From positions 807 through 64,806 of the forward strand of contig CAJUID010000013.1 in NCBI GenBank assembly GCA_910585905.1: a stretch of DNA of 64,000 nucleotides, read 5' to 3'. Below the pieces are notes generated by a model. It had not been told where the DNA came from, ran no database searches, and worked only from the letters and a program-made list of their open reading frames with translations. Positions 1 through 9,823 of this stretch are shown here, in pieces. Positions within the stretch are counted from its first letter, which is position 1; each line of letters starts with the position of its first letter. Made by a program: the position numbers and the translations under genes. This stretch comes from an uncultured Lachnospiraceae bacterium. Its GTDB lineage: Bacteria; Bacillota; Clostridia; Lachnospirales; Lachnospiraceae.

Positions 1-107
1 TGTAATCCGGCTTTTTCCAAAGCCAAATCGAATATCCTTTTGTTCAGCTTGCGGAAAATATAATTGCTTGAAGTAATAATAAATTCAAAATTATTTTTCG
101 GAAGTAG

Positions 108-599
108 TCAGTTTATACGCTCTGCAACCACAGAGAAAATATAATCCCCATTTTCATAAAAGGAATTTTGAACCATTCCTACCTTTTGCATTACCCTATA
201 TGATTCTACATTGCTCTTTGCACATCCTCCATAGATTATATCATATTCCATCTCCTCAAATGCATAATTTATCAATTCCATAGCACATTGCGTAGCATAA
301 CCTTGATTTCGGTATTTTTCATCAATCATATAAAAAAGAACTGTCTTTCCCATTTCAGCTTCTCCGTCTAATCCGCACCATCCTATTATCACATTTGGTT
401 CTTTCTTTTGAAAAACGCCTAAACATAAATGACAAATTGATTTCTGTCGATTCTTACTATGAGTATCTGCCATATATTTTAACGCTTCGTATGCCTTATC
501 TATCGTTGTTTCATGCGGGTATTCCCACATTCTTGCAATCTCCTTAATGTCGTTTTCAGTCACAGTTCGCAGTATTAAATCATTTGTTTTAAATTCCAC
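108..599 (-). CDS. GNAT family N-acetyltransferase (RimJ/RimL-like)
   Basis: 163-aa ORF with the acetyl-CoA binding core pattern (DEKYRNQGYATQ) and typical GNAT length. It overlaps the upstream gene by 1 nt. Confidence 0.75.
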   Translation of the reverse strand: MEFKTNDLILRTVTENDIKEIARMWEYPHETTIDKAYEALKYMADTHSKNRQKSICHLCLGVFQKKEPNVIIGWCGLDGEAEMGKTVLFYMIDEKYRNQGYATQCAMELINYAFEEMEYDIIYGGCAKSNVESYRVMQKVGMVQNSFYENGDYIFSVVAERIN

Positions 600-1099
600 T
601 ATTCATTTTCCTCACTATCTATAATAACTTTCATTTCATCAACTATTTGATGAACACTTTTATTATCTGTATTGATAACATAATCGCCTTCATATGGTTT
701 TAAATGCAGCCAGAAAAAAGAACATTCATTTGCATCTCCACGCTTTTTATGACGTTCACGCAAAGTTTCCTCTGAACAAGTCAAAGTAATGCCAATAACA
801 GAATAATCTTTTGCCGTTATATCTTTTAGTATCGCTTCACGAATTGTTTTATCCACAACAACAACCGACGAAAAAAAGACATAATCAAAACTAGAGTTTA
901 AATATGTAGATAATGCAAATGACATTGTTTTATCACCATTTCTCAACCTCGGATCATCAACCGAAAACGGATTGACACACCATGCCCAATCGCCATCAAA
1001 ATAAGCACTGTTTTCATAAGAAGTAAAAAGTTTCTGTGTTACTGTCGTTTTCCCCACACATGGAGAACCTGCTATAATAATCAATTTTTGTTTTGACAT
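599..1099 (-). CDS. P-loop NTPase, small kinase-like (AAA/shikimate-kinase-like fold)
   Basis: N-terminal Walker A motif IIAGSPCVGKTT in a 166-aa protein. It is translationally coupled to the GNAT gene. Confidence 0.55.
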   Translation of the reverse strand: MSKQKLIIIAGSPCVGKTTVTQKLFTSYENSAYFDGDWAWCVNPFSVDDPRLRNGDKTMSFALSTYLNSSFDYVFFSSVVVVDKTIREAILKDITAKDYSVIGITLTCSEETLRERHKKRGDANECSFFWLHLKPYEGDYVINTDNKSVHQIVDEMKVIIDSEENE

Positions 1100-1259
1100 C
1101 TATAGTCCTCCCATCAAGCATTTAAAATTCTATAACAAATATGTCTGATTATAGCACTTCTGTTTCCAATTTCCCACAAAAATATAGGGATGAGATGAAA
1201 TGCGGAGCAATTCCTCGACCCGCACTTCACTACATCTATTTTATTTATCTGCAATAAAA

Positions 1260-1835
1260 TCATCTGCTTCTCTCATAATCCGCATCATATGCCCGATACG
1301 CAGAATGCTTCTCCCTTGTACGTTCTGGCTTTTTCATATCTTCCATGAAATTCTCCAACGCTTTCATATACACCTCTGTCTGTTCCAGCGTGCATATCTG
1401 GTTCTTCGGTGTAATCTCGTCCCTTATTTCAAAAACCTTTATGCCCTGTTTCGTCTGCAGATTCCAGAATCCAGCCAGTTGGTAATCCGTTCCCCGTCTG
1501 TTATAATCTTCATACACCGGAATCACTTCCCCTTTTGATGTCTGCCACGAGGCAATCTCTGGGAAGATGACAAGCCTTTCATGCCGGGGGAGAGGGGTGC
1601 GGTACTCTTTCAACAGACTGCCGAGAGGGGTATATCCATAAGGGGAGGCAGCCCGTATATTCCTTTTTTCTTCCACAAGCCTTGCAAATTCTCTTACCAC
1701 CGGAATCATAGACAGCAGCTTATAAAGGATTGCTTTGAGTTTATCCAGCATATTGGTGTTAGTGGACAAACGAAGCAAACACTCTACAATAATTTTAAGA
1801 TTGATAACTACAATATCCCAAAGCAGAGTTATCAA
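1260..1835 (-). CDS. Hypothetical protein, possibly a gene remnant; start uncertain
   Basis: Open frame of 191 codons, but none of the candidate Met starts has a Shine-Dalgarno sequence. I recognise no motif. Confidence 0.3.
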   Translation of the reverse strand: MITLLWDIVVINLKIIVECLLRLSTNTNMLDKLKAILYKLLSMIPVVREFARLVEEKRNIRAASPYGYTPLGSLLKEYRTPLPRHERLVIFPEIASWQTSKGEVIPVYEDYNRRGTDYQLAGFWNLQTKQGIKVFEIRDEITPKNQICTLEQTEVYMKALENFMEDMKKPERTREKHSAYRAYDADYERSR

Positions 1836-1994
1836 TATAACAATTATGGTATACTGATGGTAAAGTAATATCCAAAAAACATATATTAATCACATAAGCA
1901 AAAAATACTGCGTGAAACAGAAATCCCCGCTTCGGTCATTGCAACCAAACATCCCCCGCGTGTTTAGCAGCCCACACATTCAACGAGTACAATA

Positions 1995-2049
1995 GAACTT
2001 TCAGTTTCTTGCAAGCAGTGCGTTTGGCTTATTGCACATGCGAGAATAA
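1995..2049 (+). repeat. Copy A of a 55-nt interspersed intergenic repeat
   Basis: 49 of 55 positions are identical to the reverse complement of 31705..31759 (gaactttcagtt.cttgcaagca.tgcgtttggct..ttgca.a.gcgagaataa). Confidence 0.8.
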
Positions 2050-2131
2050 GTCACTAGACATCAACGAGCACAAAATGTCAGGATTTTTTACAGATAAACC
2101 AATATAATGCAAATATACAAGGAGGCAGTGT

Positions 2132-2971
2132 ATGGAATGGATACAATTAATTAACACGGCAATCGAATATATGGAACAGCACTTAACAGAAGATATCCAT
2201 TGTGAGGATGTCTCCAGTTATATACATATTTCATCATTTCATTTCCAAAGAATGTTTAACCTTTTAACAGGCATGACCGTAGGAGAATATATCAGAAAAA
2301 GAAGATTGTCCTTAGCCGGAGAAGAATTAACAAGACAAAATACAAAAGTTATTGATATCGCTTTTAAATATGCCTATCATTCACCGGAAAGCTTCGCAAA
2401 AGCATTTACTAGATTTCATGGGATTTCTCCAAGTCAGGCCAAAAAAAGAAATGAGCTAAAATCTTTTAATAAACTTGTTGTTAAAATATCAGTGGAAGGT
2501 GGCACTATAATGAATTATCGCATTGAAAAGAAAGAAAAATTCCGGCTGCTTGTATATGCTAAAATGTTTACGGATGAAAGCAGTGAAAAAGGGATTCCCG
2601 CATTTTGGGAAGAATATTATCAAAATGAGATATACAAAAAAGCACCCGGATATTTAGGCATTTGTGCCCAAGAAAAAGAGGGTACCGGAGAATTTATGTA
2701 TGGCATAGGTTGCGATGCTGATAACGTTAAAGAAATCCCCGAAGGTTTTCAGATTATCAATATCCCCGCATATACATGGGCCATTTTTAAATGTGTAGGA
2801 CCAACACCGGATGCGATTCAAAAGACGTGGGAAAATATTTATCGTGAATGGCTTCCTGGAGCAGATTATAAGTTGATACCTGATTATGATATTGAAAATT
2901 ACTTACCAGGAGACAACACTTCTTGCGATTATGTTAGTGAAATTTGGATTCCAGTAACGGAAAAGATTTGA
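2132..2971 (+). CDS. AraC family transcriptional regulator with C-terminal GyrI-like effector-binding domain
   Basis: N-terminal AraC HTH signature (FHFQRMFNLLTGMTVGEYIRKRRL, AFKYAYHSPESFAKAFTRFHGISP) and a C-terminal half of about 150 aa typical of the Rob/GyrI-like fold. An AGGAGG RBS lies upstream. Confidence 0.85.
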   Translation: MEWIQLINTAIEYMEQHLTEDIHCEDVSSYIHISSFHFQRMFNLLTGMTVGEYIRKRRLSLAGEELTRQNTKVIDIAFKYAYHSPESFAKAFTRFHGISPSQAKKRNELKSFNKLVVKISVEGGTIMNYRIEKKEKFRLLVYAKMFTDESSEKGIPAFWEEYYQNEIYKKAPGYLGICAQEKEGTGEFMYGIGCDADNVKEIPEGFQIINIPAYTWAIFKCVGPTPDAIQKTWENIYREWLPGADYKLIPDYDIENYLPGDNTSCDYVSEIWIPVTEKI

Positions 2972-3066
2972 TAGTAAGAAACGAAAGAAATCAGTCCATC
3001 AAACATTAAAATTCTTTATAGATAAAGCCAAAAAATCTCTAAAAATCACTTGTACTCCAGTAAAAG

Positions 3067-3094
3067 AGCCGTGGCAAAATACACCACGGCTTTA
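3067..3094. terminator. Bidirectional hairpin between the convergent AraC and thiE genes
   Basis: Stem AGCCGTGG / CCACGGCT (8 bp) with a 9-nt loop, followed by TTT. Confidence 0.55.
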
Positions 3095-3149
3095 CCATAT
3101 GCATTAAAACATAAATCATCTTTTTAGTATATAGCAATAGAACAATGCA

Positions 3150-3761
3150 TTATAGGACTTTTAACTTTTTCACAAATGCACGAATGGTTTCTTCATCCTG
3201 CTGCATTGCCCACGACATTACACACACACCTGCAGCGCCAGCTTCTACTGCCTGCAACGCATTTTCTGGTGAAATTCCGCCAATCGCGTACACTGGAATC
3301 TCTGCCTCTCTGCAAATTTCCTGAAGGGCATACACCCCCCTTGGCGGCATGCCTTTCTTGCAGTCTGTGGCAAACACATGCCCATAAAAAACATAGTCAG
3401 CCCCATACTCTTTAGCTTCTCTTAGCTGCTCTAGGGAATGTGTTGAGATGCCAAACCATTCAAAATCCTCTAAATCTCTCTGATACTTCTTAGCAAGTGG
3501 AAGGGATAAATGTAGACTCTTCGCACCAAGGTGCCGCGCTGGCTGGATATTTTGGTGCAGAGAACATGTTACTGGGAACCCTTCGCAAATGGACAACACT
3601 TTTTCTGCCAGCTGTTCATATTCACTTTCTTTCAAATCCTTTTCTCTCAGGACAATCTGATCTACGCCTGCACGCCCTAATATACAAATCTGTTCCAAAA
3701 AATCTCCCTGGCACAACAGCCTATTTGTTACCGCAATCACTTTACACATAAATATAATCAC
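3150..3761 (-). CDS. thiE: Thiamine-phosphate synthase family protein (ThiE/TenI)
   Basis: TIM-barrel ThiE-like motifs (VIAVTNR, IVLREKDL, YAIGGI) and the last position in the thiSGH operon. The start may be Met5. Confidence 0.8.
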   Translation of the reverse strand: MIIFMCKVIAVTNRLLCQGDFLEQICILGRAGVDQIVLREKDLKESEYEQLAEKVLSICEGFPVTCSLHQNIQPARHLGAKSLHLSLPLAKKYQRDLEDFEWFGISTHSLEQLREAKEYGADYVFYGHVFATDCKKGMPPRGVYALQEICREAEIPVYAIGGISPENALQAVEAGAAGVCVMSWAMQQDEETIRAFVKKLKVL

Positions 3762-4920
3762 TCATAACAGGCTGTAATCCCTCATTTCTGATCGCCTGAT
3801 ACACTTCCTCCACATTTCTTCCATCGGAAATCTCAAACTGAGCATCCCCCACATTCTCACTATCCCCAGTATGTTCACCAATCCCAACAGATACTCCTGC
3901 AGAAATCTTTGTTGCCGCAATCTTAATCACATTATTGCGAACTCTCTCACACTCCCTGGTAGAAATTGTTATATTGGCAAACGGCATAAATATCCGATAT
4001 GCCATAATCACCTGCAAGAGCTGTGGCTCATGTACATCCTTTGGGTTGATTTTATCATTATTAATAATCGGGCGAAGTCTTGGGCATGAAAATGCAATCT
4101 CTGCATGAGGATACTTTCTCTGTAAAAGATATGCGTGATATCCTGTTGCAAAGGCATCCTTCCTAAAATCATCCAACCCCAAAAGTGCCGCAAAACCAAC
4201 CCCACGCATTCCCCCCTTTAGTGCACGCTCCTGCGAATGAAAACGGTATGGAAAAATGCGTTTGTGCCCTGCACGGTGAAGCGTCTCATATTTGTCCGAA
4301 TTGTATGTTTCCTGAAATACCGTTACATAATCCGCCCCACACTGGTGCAGATATGCATACTCATCTGAATTAACCGGATAAATCTCTAAGCCAATCACCT
4401 TAAAATACTTTTTCGCAATTTTACATGCCTCCCCAATATACTTGACGTCCGACATCTTCCTGCTCTCACCAGTTAAAAGCAAAACCTCCTGCAGCCCGGT
4501 CTTTGCAATTGCCTGCATTTCTTGTTCAATCTCTGTCTCATTCAGCTTCGCCCGGCGAATCTTGTTATGACAGTTAAACCCACAATAAATACAGTAATTC
4601 TCACAATAATTCGCGATATAAAGCGGTGTAAACATATAAATGGAATTCCCAAAATGCTTCCTTGTCTCCTGCTGCGCTTTCTGGGCAATCTCCTCCAAAA
4701 GCGGAAGAGCTGCAGGCGACAGGAGCGCTTCAAAATCCTCCGGTGTACATTCGCGGTGTGCAAGGGCAGCCTTTACATCCTTTTCCGTATATTTGTCATA
4801 ATCATAGGCTTCCATGCGCTCAATTACCTTCTGCTGCACCTCCGATTCCAACGCTTCCATCCCCGGCAGATATGCCATATGGTCAATTCTATTTTCTGGT
4901 AAATCTTCCCTAATCTCCAT
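3742..4920 (-). CDS. thiH: 2-iminoacetate synthase ThiH (radical SAM)
   Basis: CxxxCxxC radical SAM motif CENYCIYCGF. Start chosen at MEIREDL, which is preceded by AAAGGAAAGAGGA. Sits in the thi operon. Confidence 0.85.
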   Translation of the reverse strand: MEIREDLPENRIDHMAYLPGMEALESEVQQKVIERMEAYDYDKYTEKDVKAALAHRECTPEDFEALLSPAALPLLEEIAQKAQQETRKHFGNSIYMFTPLYIANYCENYCIYCGFNCHNKIRRAKLNETEIEQEMQAIAKTGLQEVLLLTGESRKMSDVKYIGEACKIAKKYFKVIGLEIYPVNSDEYAYLHQCGADYVTVFQETYNSDKYETLHRAGHKRIFPYRFHSQERALKGGMRGVGFAALLGLDDFRKDAFATGYHAYLLQRKYPHAEIAFSCPRLRPIINNDKINPKDVHEPQLLQVIMAYRIFMPFANITISTRECERVRNNVIKIAATKISAGVSVGIGEHTGDSENVGDAQFEISDGRNVEEVYQAIRNEGLQPVMSDYIYV

Positions 4921-4972
4921 ACTAATCCTCTTTCCTTTACATGCCGCAGAGCGGCACAAATTTTGCACCGAA

Positions 4973-5755
4973 CTATTGCAAAAATCCCGTCAAAGGGGAT
5001 GATGCACTAGCGCCCTTTTCCATCACACGCCCAAGACCGGATAGATACGCCTGCCTGCCCGCCTGTATTGCAAATTTAAAGGACTCTGCCATCTGCACAA
5101 TATCACCAGCCGTAGCAATCGCCGTATTCGCCATAACTGCAGCCGCTCCCATCTCCATTGCCTCGCAAGCCTGGGAAGGCGCCCCAATCCCTGCATCTAC
5201 AATAATCGGAAGGTCAATCTCATCAATCAATATCTGAATAAACTCCCTAGTACAAAGCCCTTTATTAGAGCCAATCGGAGCCGCCAGCGGCATAACTGAT
5301 GCCGCACCTGCGTTCTGCAAATCCCTTGCAACATTTAAATCTGGATACATATAAGGCATTACCACAAATCCTTCCTTAACAAGAATCTCCGTTGCCTTAA
5401 TTGTCTCTGCATTATCTGGAAGAAGATATTTACTGTCACGCATAATCTCAATCTTCACAAAATCCCCGCATCCAACCTCACGGGACAGCCTTGCGATCCG
5501 AACTGCCTCCTCTGCATTTCTTGCACCGGAAGTATTTGGAAGCAGTGTTACTCCCTTTGGTATGTAATCAAGAATATTTGCCATTCCTCCCTGATTGGCA
5601 CGCCGAAGTGCTAACGTAATCATCTGCGCCCCTGCATGCTCTACTGCTGCCTGAATCAACTCAAGAGAATACTTTCCGGACCCCAGAATAAACCTAGAAT
5701 CAAAAGAATGTCCCCCAATCACCAACTTATCTTCTTTTTCAATCCTGCCACTCAT
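4973..5755 (-). CDS. thiG: Thiazole synthase ThiG
   Basis: ThiG-like sequence (LKIEIxxD-type barrel, [17 protein letters not shown]). Start chosen at MSGRIEKED, which has a GGAGGA RBS. The longer track ORF has no RBS. Confidence 0.88.
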   Translation of the reverse strand: MSGRIEKEDKLVIGGHSFDSRFILGSGKYSLELIQAAVEHAGAQMITLALRRANQGGMANILDYIPKGVTLLPNTSGARNAEEAVRIARLSREVGCGDFVKIEIMRDSKYLLPDNAETIKATEILVKEGFVVMPYMYPDLNVARDLQNAGAASVMPLAAPIGSNKGLCTREFIQILIDEIDLPIIVDAGIGAPSQACEAMEMGAAAVMANTAIATAGDIVQMAESFKFAIQAGRQAYLSGLGRVMEKGASASSPLTGFLQ

Positions 5756-5857
5756 CTTAATCCTCCATGCCGCTGCCAGTCCGACAGCATAAATATAATA
5801 ACTAAGCACACTTCCAGCCATGTTGTCTTTACAGCACAAACAATCTCTGAAATACCA

Positions 5858-6058
5858 TCAGCCCCCACCCATAAAAGTAACAATTTCAATCACATCACCT
5901 TGGTGGATAACACTTGTACCGTACTCTTCCTTTGGAACAATCCTTTCATTCCATTCCACGGCAATCTGTCTCACATCATGCCCCCGCTTGGCAACCAAAG
6001 ACTCCAAGGTTATCCCTTCCTCACAGGAAACATGCTCTCCATTTACCATAATATCCAT
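5858..6058 (-). CDS. thiS: Sulfur carrier protein ThiS
   Basis: 66-aa ubiquitin-like protein ending in GGG. It is the first gene of the thi operon. Confidence 0.85.
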   Translation of the reverse strand: MDIMVNGEHVSCEEGITLESLVAKRGHDVRQIAVEWNERIVPKEEYGTSVIHQGDVIEIVTFMGGG

Positions 6059-6061
6059 TCT

Positions 6062-6240
6062 AACACCCCCATTCTAGTTGGAATAGCTAAATATCTCATG
6101 AAAACTCATGAACTATGCCACTTTATTACTTTTAATCCAAAGTAATAAAAAGGTTCACAAAAAAATATACCCGCGGTGGTATACCCCTTCATGAACCTTA
6201 AGTTTCACTATACGGCAGCCATTCTCAGAAACTAAAAAAC
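6062..6240 (-). promoter_or_regulatory. Structured thi-operon leader; candidate riboswitch or attenuator of unresolved class
   Basis: Minus-strand leader contains CTGAGA (plus 6223..6228). An 8-bp stem AAGGTTCA/TGAACCTT (6150..6199) encloses an inner TATACC/GGTATA hairpin and is followed by a U-run. A second AT-rich 10-bp hairpin sits at 6123..6148. Confidence 0.45.
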
Positions 6241-6309
6241 AAACAATAAGATAGCTTCTTGGCTACGCTATGCATCATAACATACATTCCCTTGAAATGC
6301 AAGTGGCGT

Positions 6310-7182
6310 TCACTGCTGGTATGCCTCCAAGATATGATTATACATAGTTCGGACCGCCGGTGCCATAAACTCTGGATTCATCGCCGCAATCCCAATAATC
6401 CGATATGCCTCAGGCTTCACCGGATAACAATCTACCTGATATGGTATATCATTCATCACCATCTCAGGCATAAGACAGATTCCAAATCCATGCGCCACCA
6501 TCGCTATGGTAGACAAGTCATCCACCACATGATAATTTGATTGGACATCCAGAGAATTCTCTTTTAAAAAATTCTGGATATCAGCATCTGTAGATTCACG
6601 CTGGGTTACAAACTGATACGTACGCATCTCATCAATCTCCATATACTCCTTCTGGGTAATGCGCTGCATCCCCTTGGGGACAACACAGAGAAGTGGATCC
6701 TTATAGAGCGGTTCAATCGGTATATCACCGGCACTTGAAACTGACAGGAAACCTAAATCCACAATACCATTTTTAATCCAATATGCAACATCATCATATG
6801 TCCCCTGAAAAACCTCAATCGTAATCCCTGGAAATTCCTTTTGAAAAGAATGCATAATATCAGGAAGCCAGTTTGTACAGACACTTGAAAAGCACCCTAC
6901 CTTGACCTTTCCCTGCTTCAGACCATTAAACTCCGCAATTGCCTGCTGCAAGCTCTCATCACTATTCAAGACTGCATTAACATAGGGGAGCAGATGTTCC
7001 CCATAATTTGTCAGAGTCACCCCCGCCTTACTGCGGTTCAAAACAGAAAACCCCAGCTCACTTTCCAGAGATGCAATCGTATGGCTAATCGCAGAGGGCG
7101 TCAGCCCCAAAATATCAGCCGCCTTCCGAAAACTCCCCTGGTCTGCCACTGTTTTTAGAACTTGATAAGATAAAAGCGTCAT
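6310..7182 (-). CDS. LysR family transcriptional regulator
   Basis: N-terminal LysR HTH (SFRKAADILGLTPSAISHTIASLE) plus a substrate-binding domain. Start chosen at MTLLSYQ, which has a GGGAG RBS. Confidence 0.88.
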   Translation of the reverse strand: MTLLSYQVLKTVADQGSFRKAADILGLTPSAISHTIASLESELGFSVLNRSKAGVTLTNYGEHLLPYVNAVLNSDESLQQAIAEFNGLKQGKVKVGCFSSVCTNWLPDIMHSFQKEFPGITIEVFQGTYDDVAYWIKNGIVDLGFLSVSSAGDIPIEPLYKDPLLCVVPKGMQRITQKEYMEIDEMRTYQFVTQRESTDADIQNFLKENSLDVQSNYHVVDDLSTIAMVAHGFGICLMPEMVMNDIPYQVDCYPVKPEAYRIIGIAAMNPEFMAPAVRTMYNHILEAYQQ

Positions 7183-7220
7183 CGTAAAGCTCCCTTCCCT
7201 CTTCAACCTTGCTTATGCAA

Positions 7221-7260
7221 GAGAAAAGCATCAGAGCGTGTTTGAAAATTGCTCTGATGC
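7221..7260 (-). terminator. Rho-independent terminator after the oxidoreductase beta subunit gene
   Basis: 10-bp perfect stem GCATCAGAGC/GCTCTGATGC followed by a U-run on the minus strand. Confidence 0.7.
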
Positions 7261-7272
7261 CCTTTATAAAAG

Positions 7273-8214
7273 TTATCTTGCACACTTATACAATAAGTCT
7301 TCCCATCTTCTGTCGACTTCCGCCTGAAACTGCTCCAATAAATCTTCATTTCCCTTTTTAAACAAATGCTTAAATCTGCCTTGCTCCTTTAGAAAATCTT
7401 CAATTGGAAGCTTCTTTTTCGGCTCATATGAAAGAATCCATTTCCCATGGTCTACCTCAAAAAGCGGCCAATAACATGTGTCCACTGCCAGTTTACAGAT
7501 TTTCATAATATCTGGTGTATCATAACGCCATCCTCTTGGACATGGAGTCATAATATTTAAGAAAGAGGCTCCTTCCGTATAGATTGCCTTCTCTGACTTC
7601 CTATGGATATCCTCAAAATTCTGGGTCAGTGTTGTCTGCGCCACATAAGGCACATTATGGTCTGCAATGATACTTGCCAAATCCTTTCGATTCTGCATTT
7701 TACCATTTGACTTCTTTCCAACCGGCGTCGTTGTGGTATCAGCATACATTGGAGTAGCAGAAGAACGCTGGATACCAGTGTTCATATAAGCGCCATTATC
7801 ATAACAGACATAAACCATGTCATGCCCGCGCTCCATTGCACCAGACAACGACTGAAAACCAATATCATATGTACCGCCATCCCCGCCAAAAGTTATAAAC
7901 TTAAAAGTGGTATCCTCCGGCAGTTTCCCCCTCTTCTTTAACACCCTATATGCCGTCTCTACTCCGCTCAGTGTGGCTCCTGCATTCTCAAACGCATTGT
8001 GGATATAACTATCCTCCCATGCAGTATATGGATACATAAAGGATGAAACCTCCAGACACCCTGTTGCATTGCCTATCACAGCATGGTCCCCTTCGTGGAG
8101 TGCACGCAGCACTGCGCGGACACCAATCGTCGCACCGCACCCTGCACACATACGATGCCCAGGAGCAAGACGTTCTGGCTTATTCATTATTGTTTTTAAA
8201 CTGTAATCACTCAT
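7273..8214 (-). CDS. 2-oxoacid:ferredoxin oxidoreductase, beta (TPP-binding) subunit
   Basis: TPP-binding motif GGDGGTYDIG and the CAGCG cluster ligand region. Last gene of the gamma-delta-alpha-beta operon. Confidence 0.88.
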   Translation of the reverse strand: MSDYSLKTIMNKPERLAPGHRMCAGCGATIGVRAVLRALHEGDHAVIGNATGCLEVSSFMYPYTAWEDSYIHNAFENAGATLSGVETAYRVLKKRGKLPEDTTFKFITFGGDGGTYDIGFQSLSGAMERGHDMVYVCYDNGAYMNTGIQRSSATPMYADTTTTPVGKKSNGKMQNRKDLASIIADHNVPYVAQTTLTQNFEDIHRKSEKAIYTEGASFLNIMTPCPRGWRYDTPDIMKICKLAVDTCYWPLFEVDHGKWILSYEPKKKLPIEDFLKEQGRFKHLFKKGNEDLLEQFQAEVDRRWEDLLYKCAR

Positions 8215-8224
8215 CTGCTGCCTC

Positions 8225-9406
8225 CTATTTACGTAATCTCACATACTGATATTGCTCTATCTCTTTCCCATTCACTATCATATCCTCCAGCTCAGCAAAA
8301 ATGCTACATGCATCGCCTACTGTAAAATCACGTCCCGCAAGGCCATAAATATAGTTCACAGTTTCAATCATTGTCTTATTGCGGAAGAGTCCTGCATTTA
8401 CTTCGCTGCCCAGAGGCCCTCCATTGCCATTATAGCTCTCACAGCGGTCCATAATCGCGACCGCCTTACAATTCCTCAATGCCATTGCAATTTCTTTTGC
8501 TGGGAATGGGCGGAAAACACGAAGCTTCAAAACACCCACTTTTTTCCCTCTCTCCCGCAGGTCATCTACTGCCTGCTTTGCCGTTCCTGCAGCAGAACCC
8601 ATAATCAGCATAATATAATCTGCATCCTCTGTCCGGTACTCTTCAAAAAGCCCATACTCCCTGCCTGAAATCTTATAGAACTTCTTAGCTACCTCTAAAA
8701 TAACTTCCTTTGAATTCTCAAGGGCAATTTCCTGATTTTTCTTGGCCTCCATCACATAATTGCTAACAGCATATGGCCCCACTGCAATCGGCTTCCCCGG
8801 ATTCAAAAGGTATTCCTCCGGCTCATATTCACCAACAAATTCCTTAACCGGGGCGTCCTCTAACAGCATAATATTTTCTACTGCATGGCTTGTAATAAAC
8901 CCATCCTGGCAGATCATCACTGGAAGATGTACCCTGTCATCCTCCGCAATTGGATATGCCTGAATAAAATTGTCATATGCCTCCTGATTATTCTCCGCAT
9001 AAATCTGAATCCATCCAGTATCTCTTGCCCCCATACCATCTGAATGGTCACAATTAATATTAATCGGCCCAGACAAGGTACGGTTTACCAGTGCAAGAAC
9101 CAACGGCAGGCGATTAGAAGCAGCAAGCAAAAGCTCCTCCCACATCAGCGCAAGCCCTGCAGAAGATGTTGCAGTAAGGCTTCTTGCACCCGCCGACTCA
9201 GCCCCAATCGCGGCACTCATAGAAGAATGCTCACTTTCCACCGGAATAAATTCCGTGTCCATCTCGCCATTTGCAATATATGTAGATACCAACTGTGGAA
9301 TTTCCGTAGAAGGCGTAATCGGAAATGCCGGCATAACATCTGGGTTAATCTGACGGATCGCATAAGACACCGCCTCATTTCCAGACATACGTTCTTTTAT
9401 CGCCAT
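8225..9406 (-). CDS. 2-oxoacid:ferredoxin oxidoreductase, alpha subunit
   Basis: 393-aa POR/VOR alpha-like sequence (MSGNEAVSYA, FPITPSTEI) in the operon. Confidence 0.88.
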   Translation of the reverse strand: MAIKERMSGNEAVSYAIRQINPDVMPAFPITPSTEIPQLVSTYIANGEMDTEFIPVESEHSSMSAAIGAESAGARSLTATSSAGLALMWEELLLAASNRLPLVLALVNRTLSGPININCDHSDGMGARDTGWIQIYAENNQEAYDNFIQAYPIAEDDRVHLPVMICQDGFITSHAVENIMLLEDAPVKEFVGEYEPEEYLLNPGKPIAVGPYAVSNYVMEAKKNQEIALENSKEVILEVAKKFYKISGREYGLFEEYRTEDADYIMLIMGSAAGTAKQAVDDLRERGKKVGVLKLRVFRPFPAKEIAMALRNCKAVAIMDRCESYNGNGGPLGSEVNAGLFRNKTMIETVNYIYGLAGRDFTVGDACSIFAELEDMIVNGKEIEQYQYVRLRK

Positions 9407-9729
9407 TATTCATTTCCCTCCTTCATCTCAATTGCACCAAAAGGGCAGACATTTGCACAAATACCACACCCTTTGCAGTGATCCATATCAAACGCCAAGC
9501 GCTTTCCATCCTTTACCGGAATACTGGAATCCGGGCAAACCGGCGCACAAAGCAGGCACTGCTTACATTTGTCTTCATAGAATACTGGAGTATTTGTCCT
9601 CCATTCGCCTGTCATAAATAACTTAGAAGTAGCCCCTTCAAAGATCATAAGCCCTTCTGTCAGCTTGTCATGCGGCGTCTTTTCCGTAATCTTTGTAATA
9701 TCGGTTCTCATAATGAGTATATTCTCCAA
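9406..9729 (-). CDS. 2-oxoacid:ferredoxin oxidoreductase, delta subunit (2x[4Fe-4S] ferredoxin)
   Basis: Two CxxCxxCxxxCP motifs (CKQCLLCAPVCP and CKGCGICANVCP). Overlaps the alpha start by 1 nt. Confidence 0.88.
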   Translation of the reverse strand: MENILIMRTDITKITEKTPHDKLTEGLMIFEGATSKLFMTGEWRTNTPVFYEDKCKQCLLCAPVCPDSSIPVKDGKRLAFDMDHCKGCGICANVCPFGAIEMKEGNE

Positions 9730-9823
9730 TCAACTAATTTCAATCTTCTGATGCCCCTGACACTTGCCAGAGCACATCAAAGCGGATTTCCCTATACTTT
9801 CCAATCCAATGCCAAACGGAATC

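Noticed and set aside
1140-1260. Possible tRNA or att-site fragment (gcggagcaattcctcgacccgc).
   Set aside because: No cloverleaf can be drawn. It lacks a GGTTCGAATCC-type T-arm and an acceptor-stem pairing.
6150-6240. A canonical TPP (THI-box) riboswitch call for the thi leader.
   Set aside because: Only the CTGAGA hexamer is present. I could not find the conserved P2, P4 and P5 core sequences, so I report it as an unresolved structured leader rather than a TPP riboswitch.
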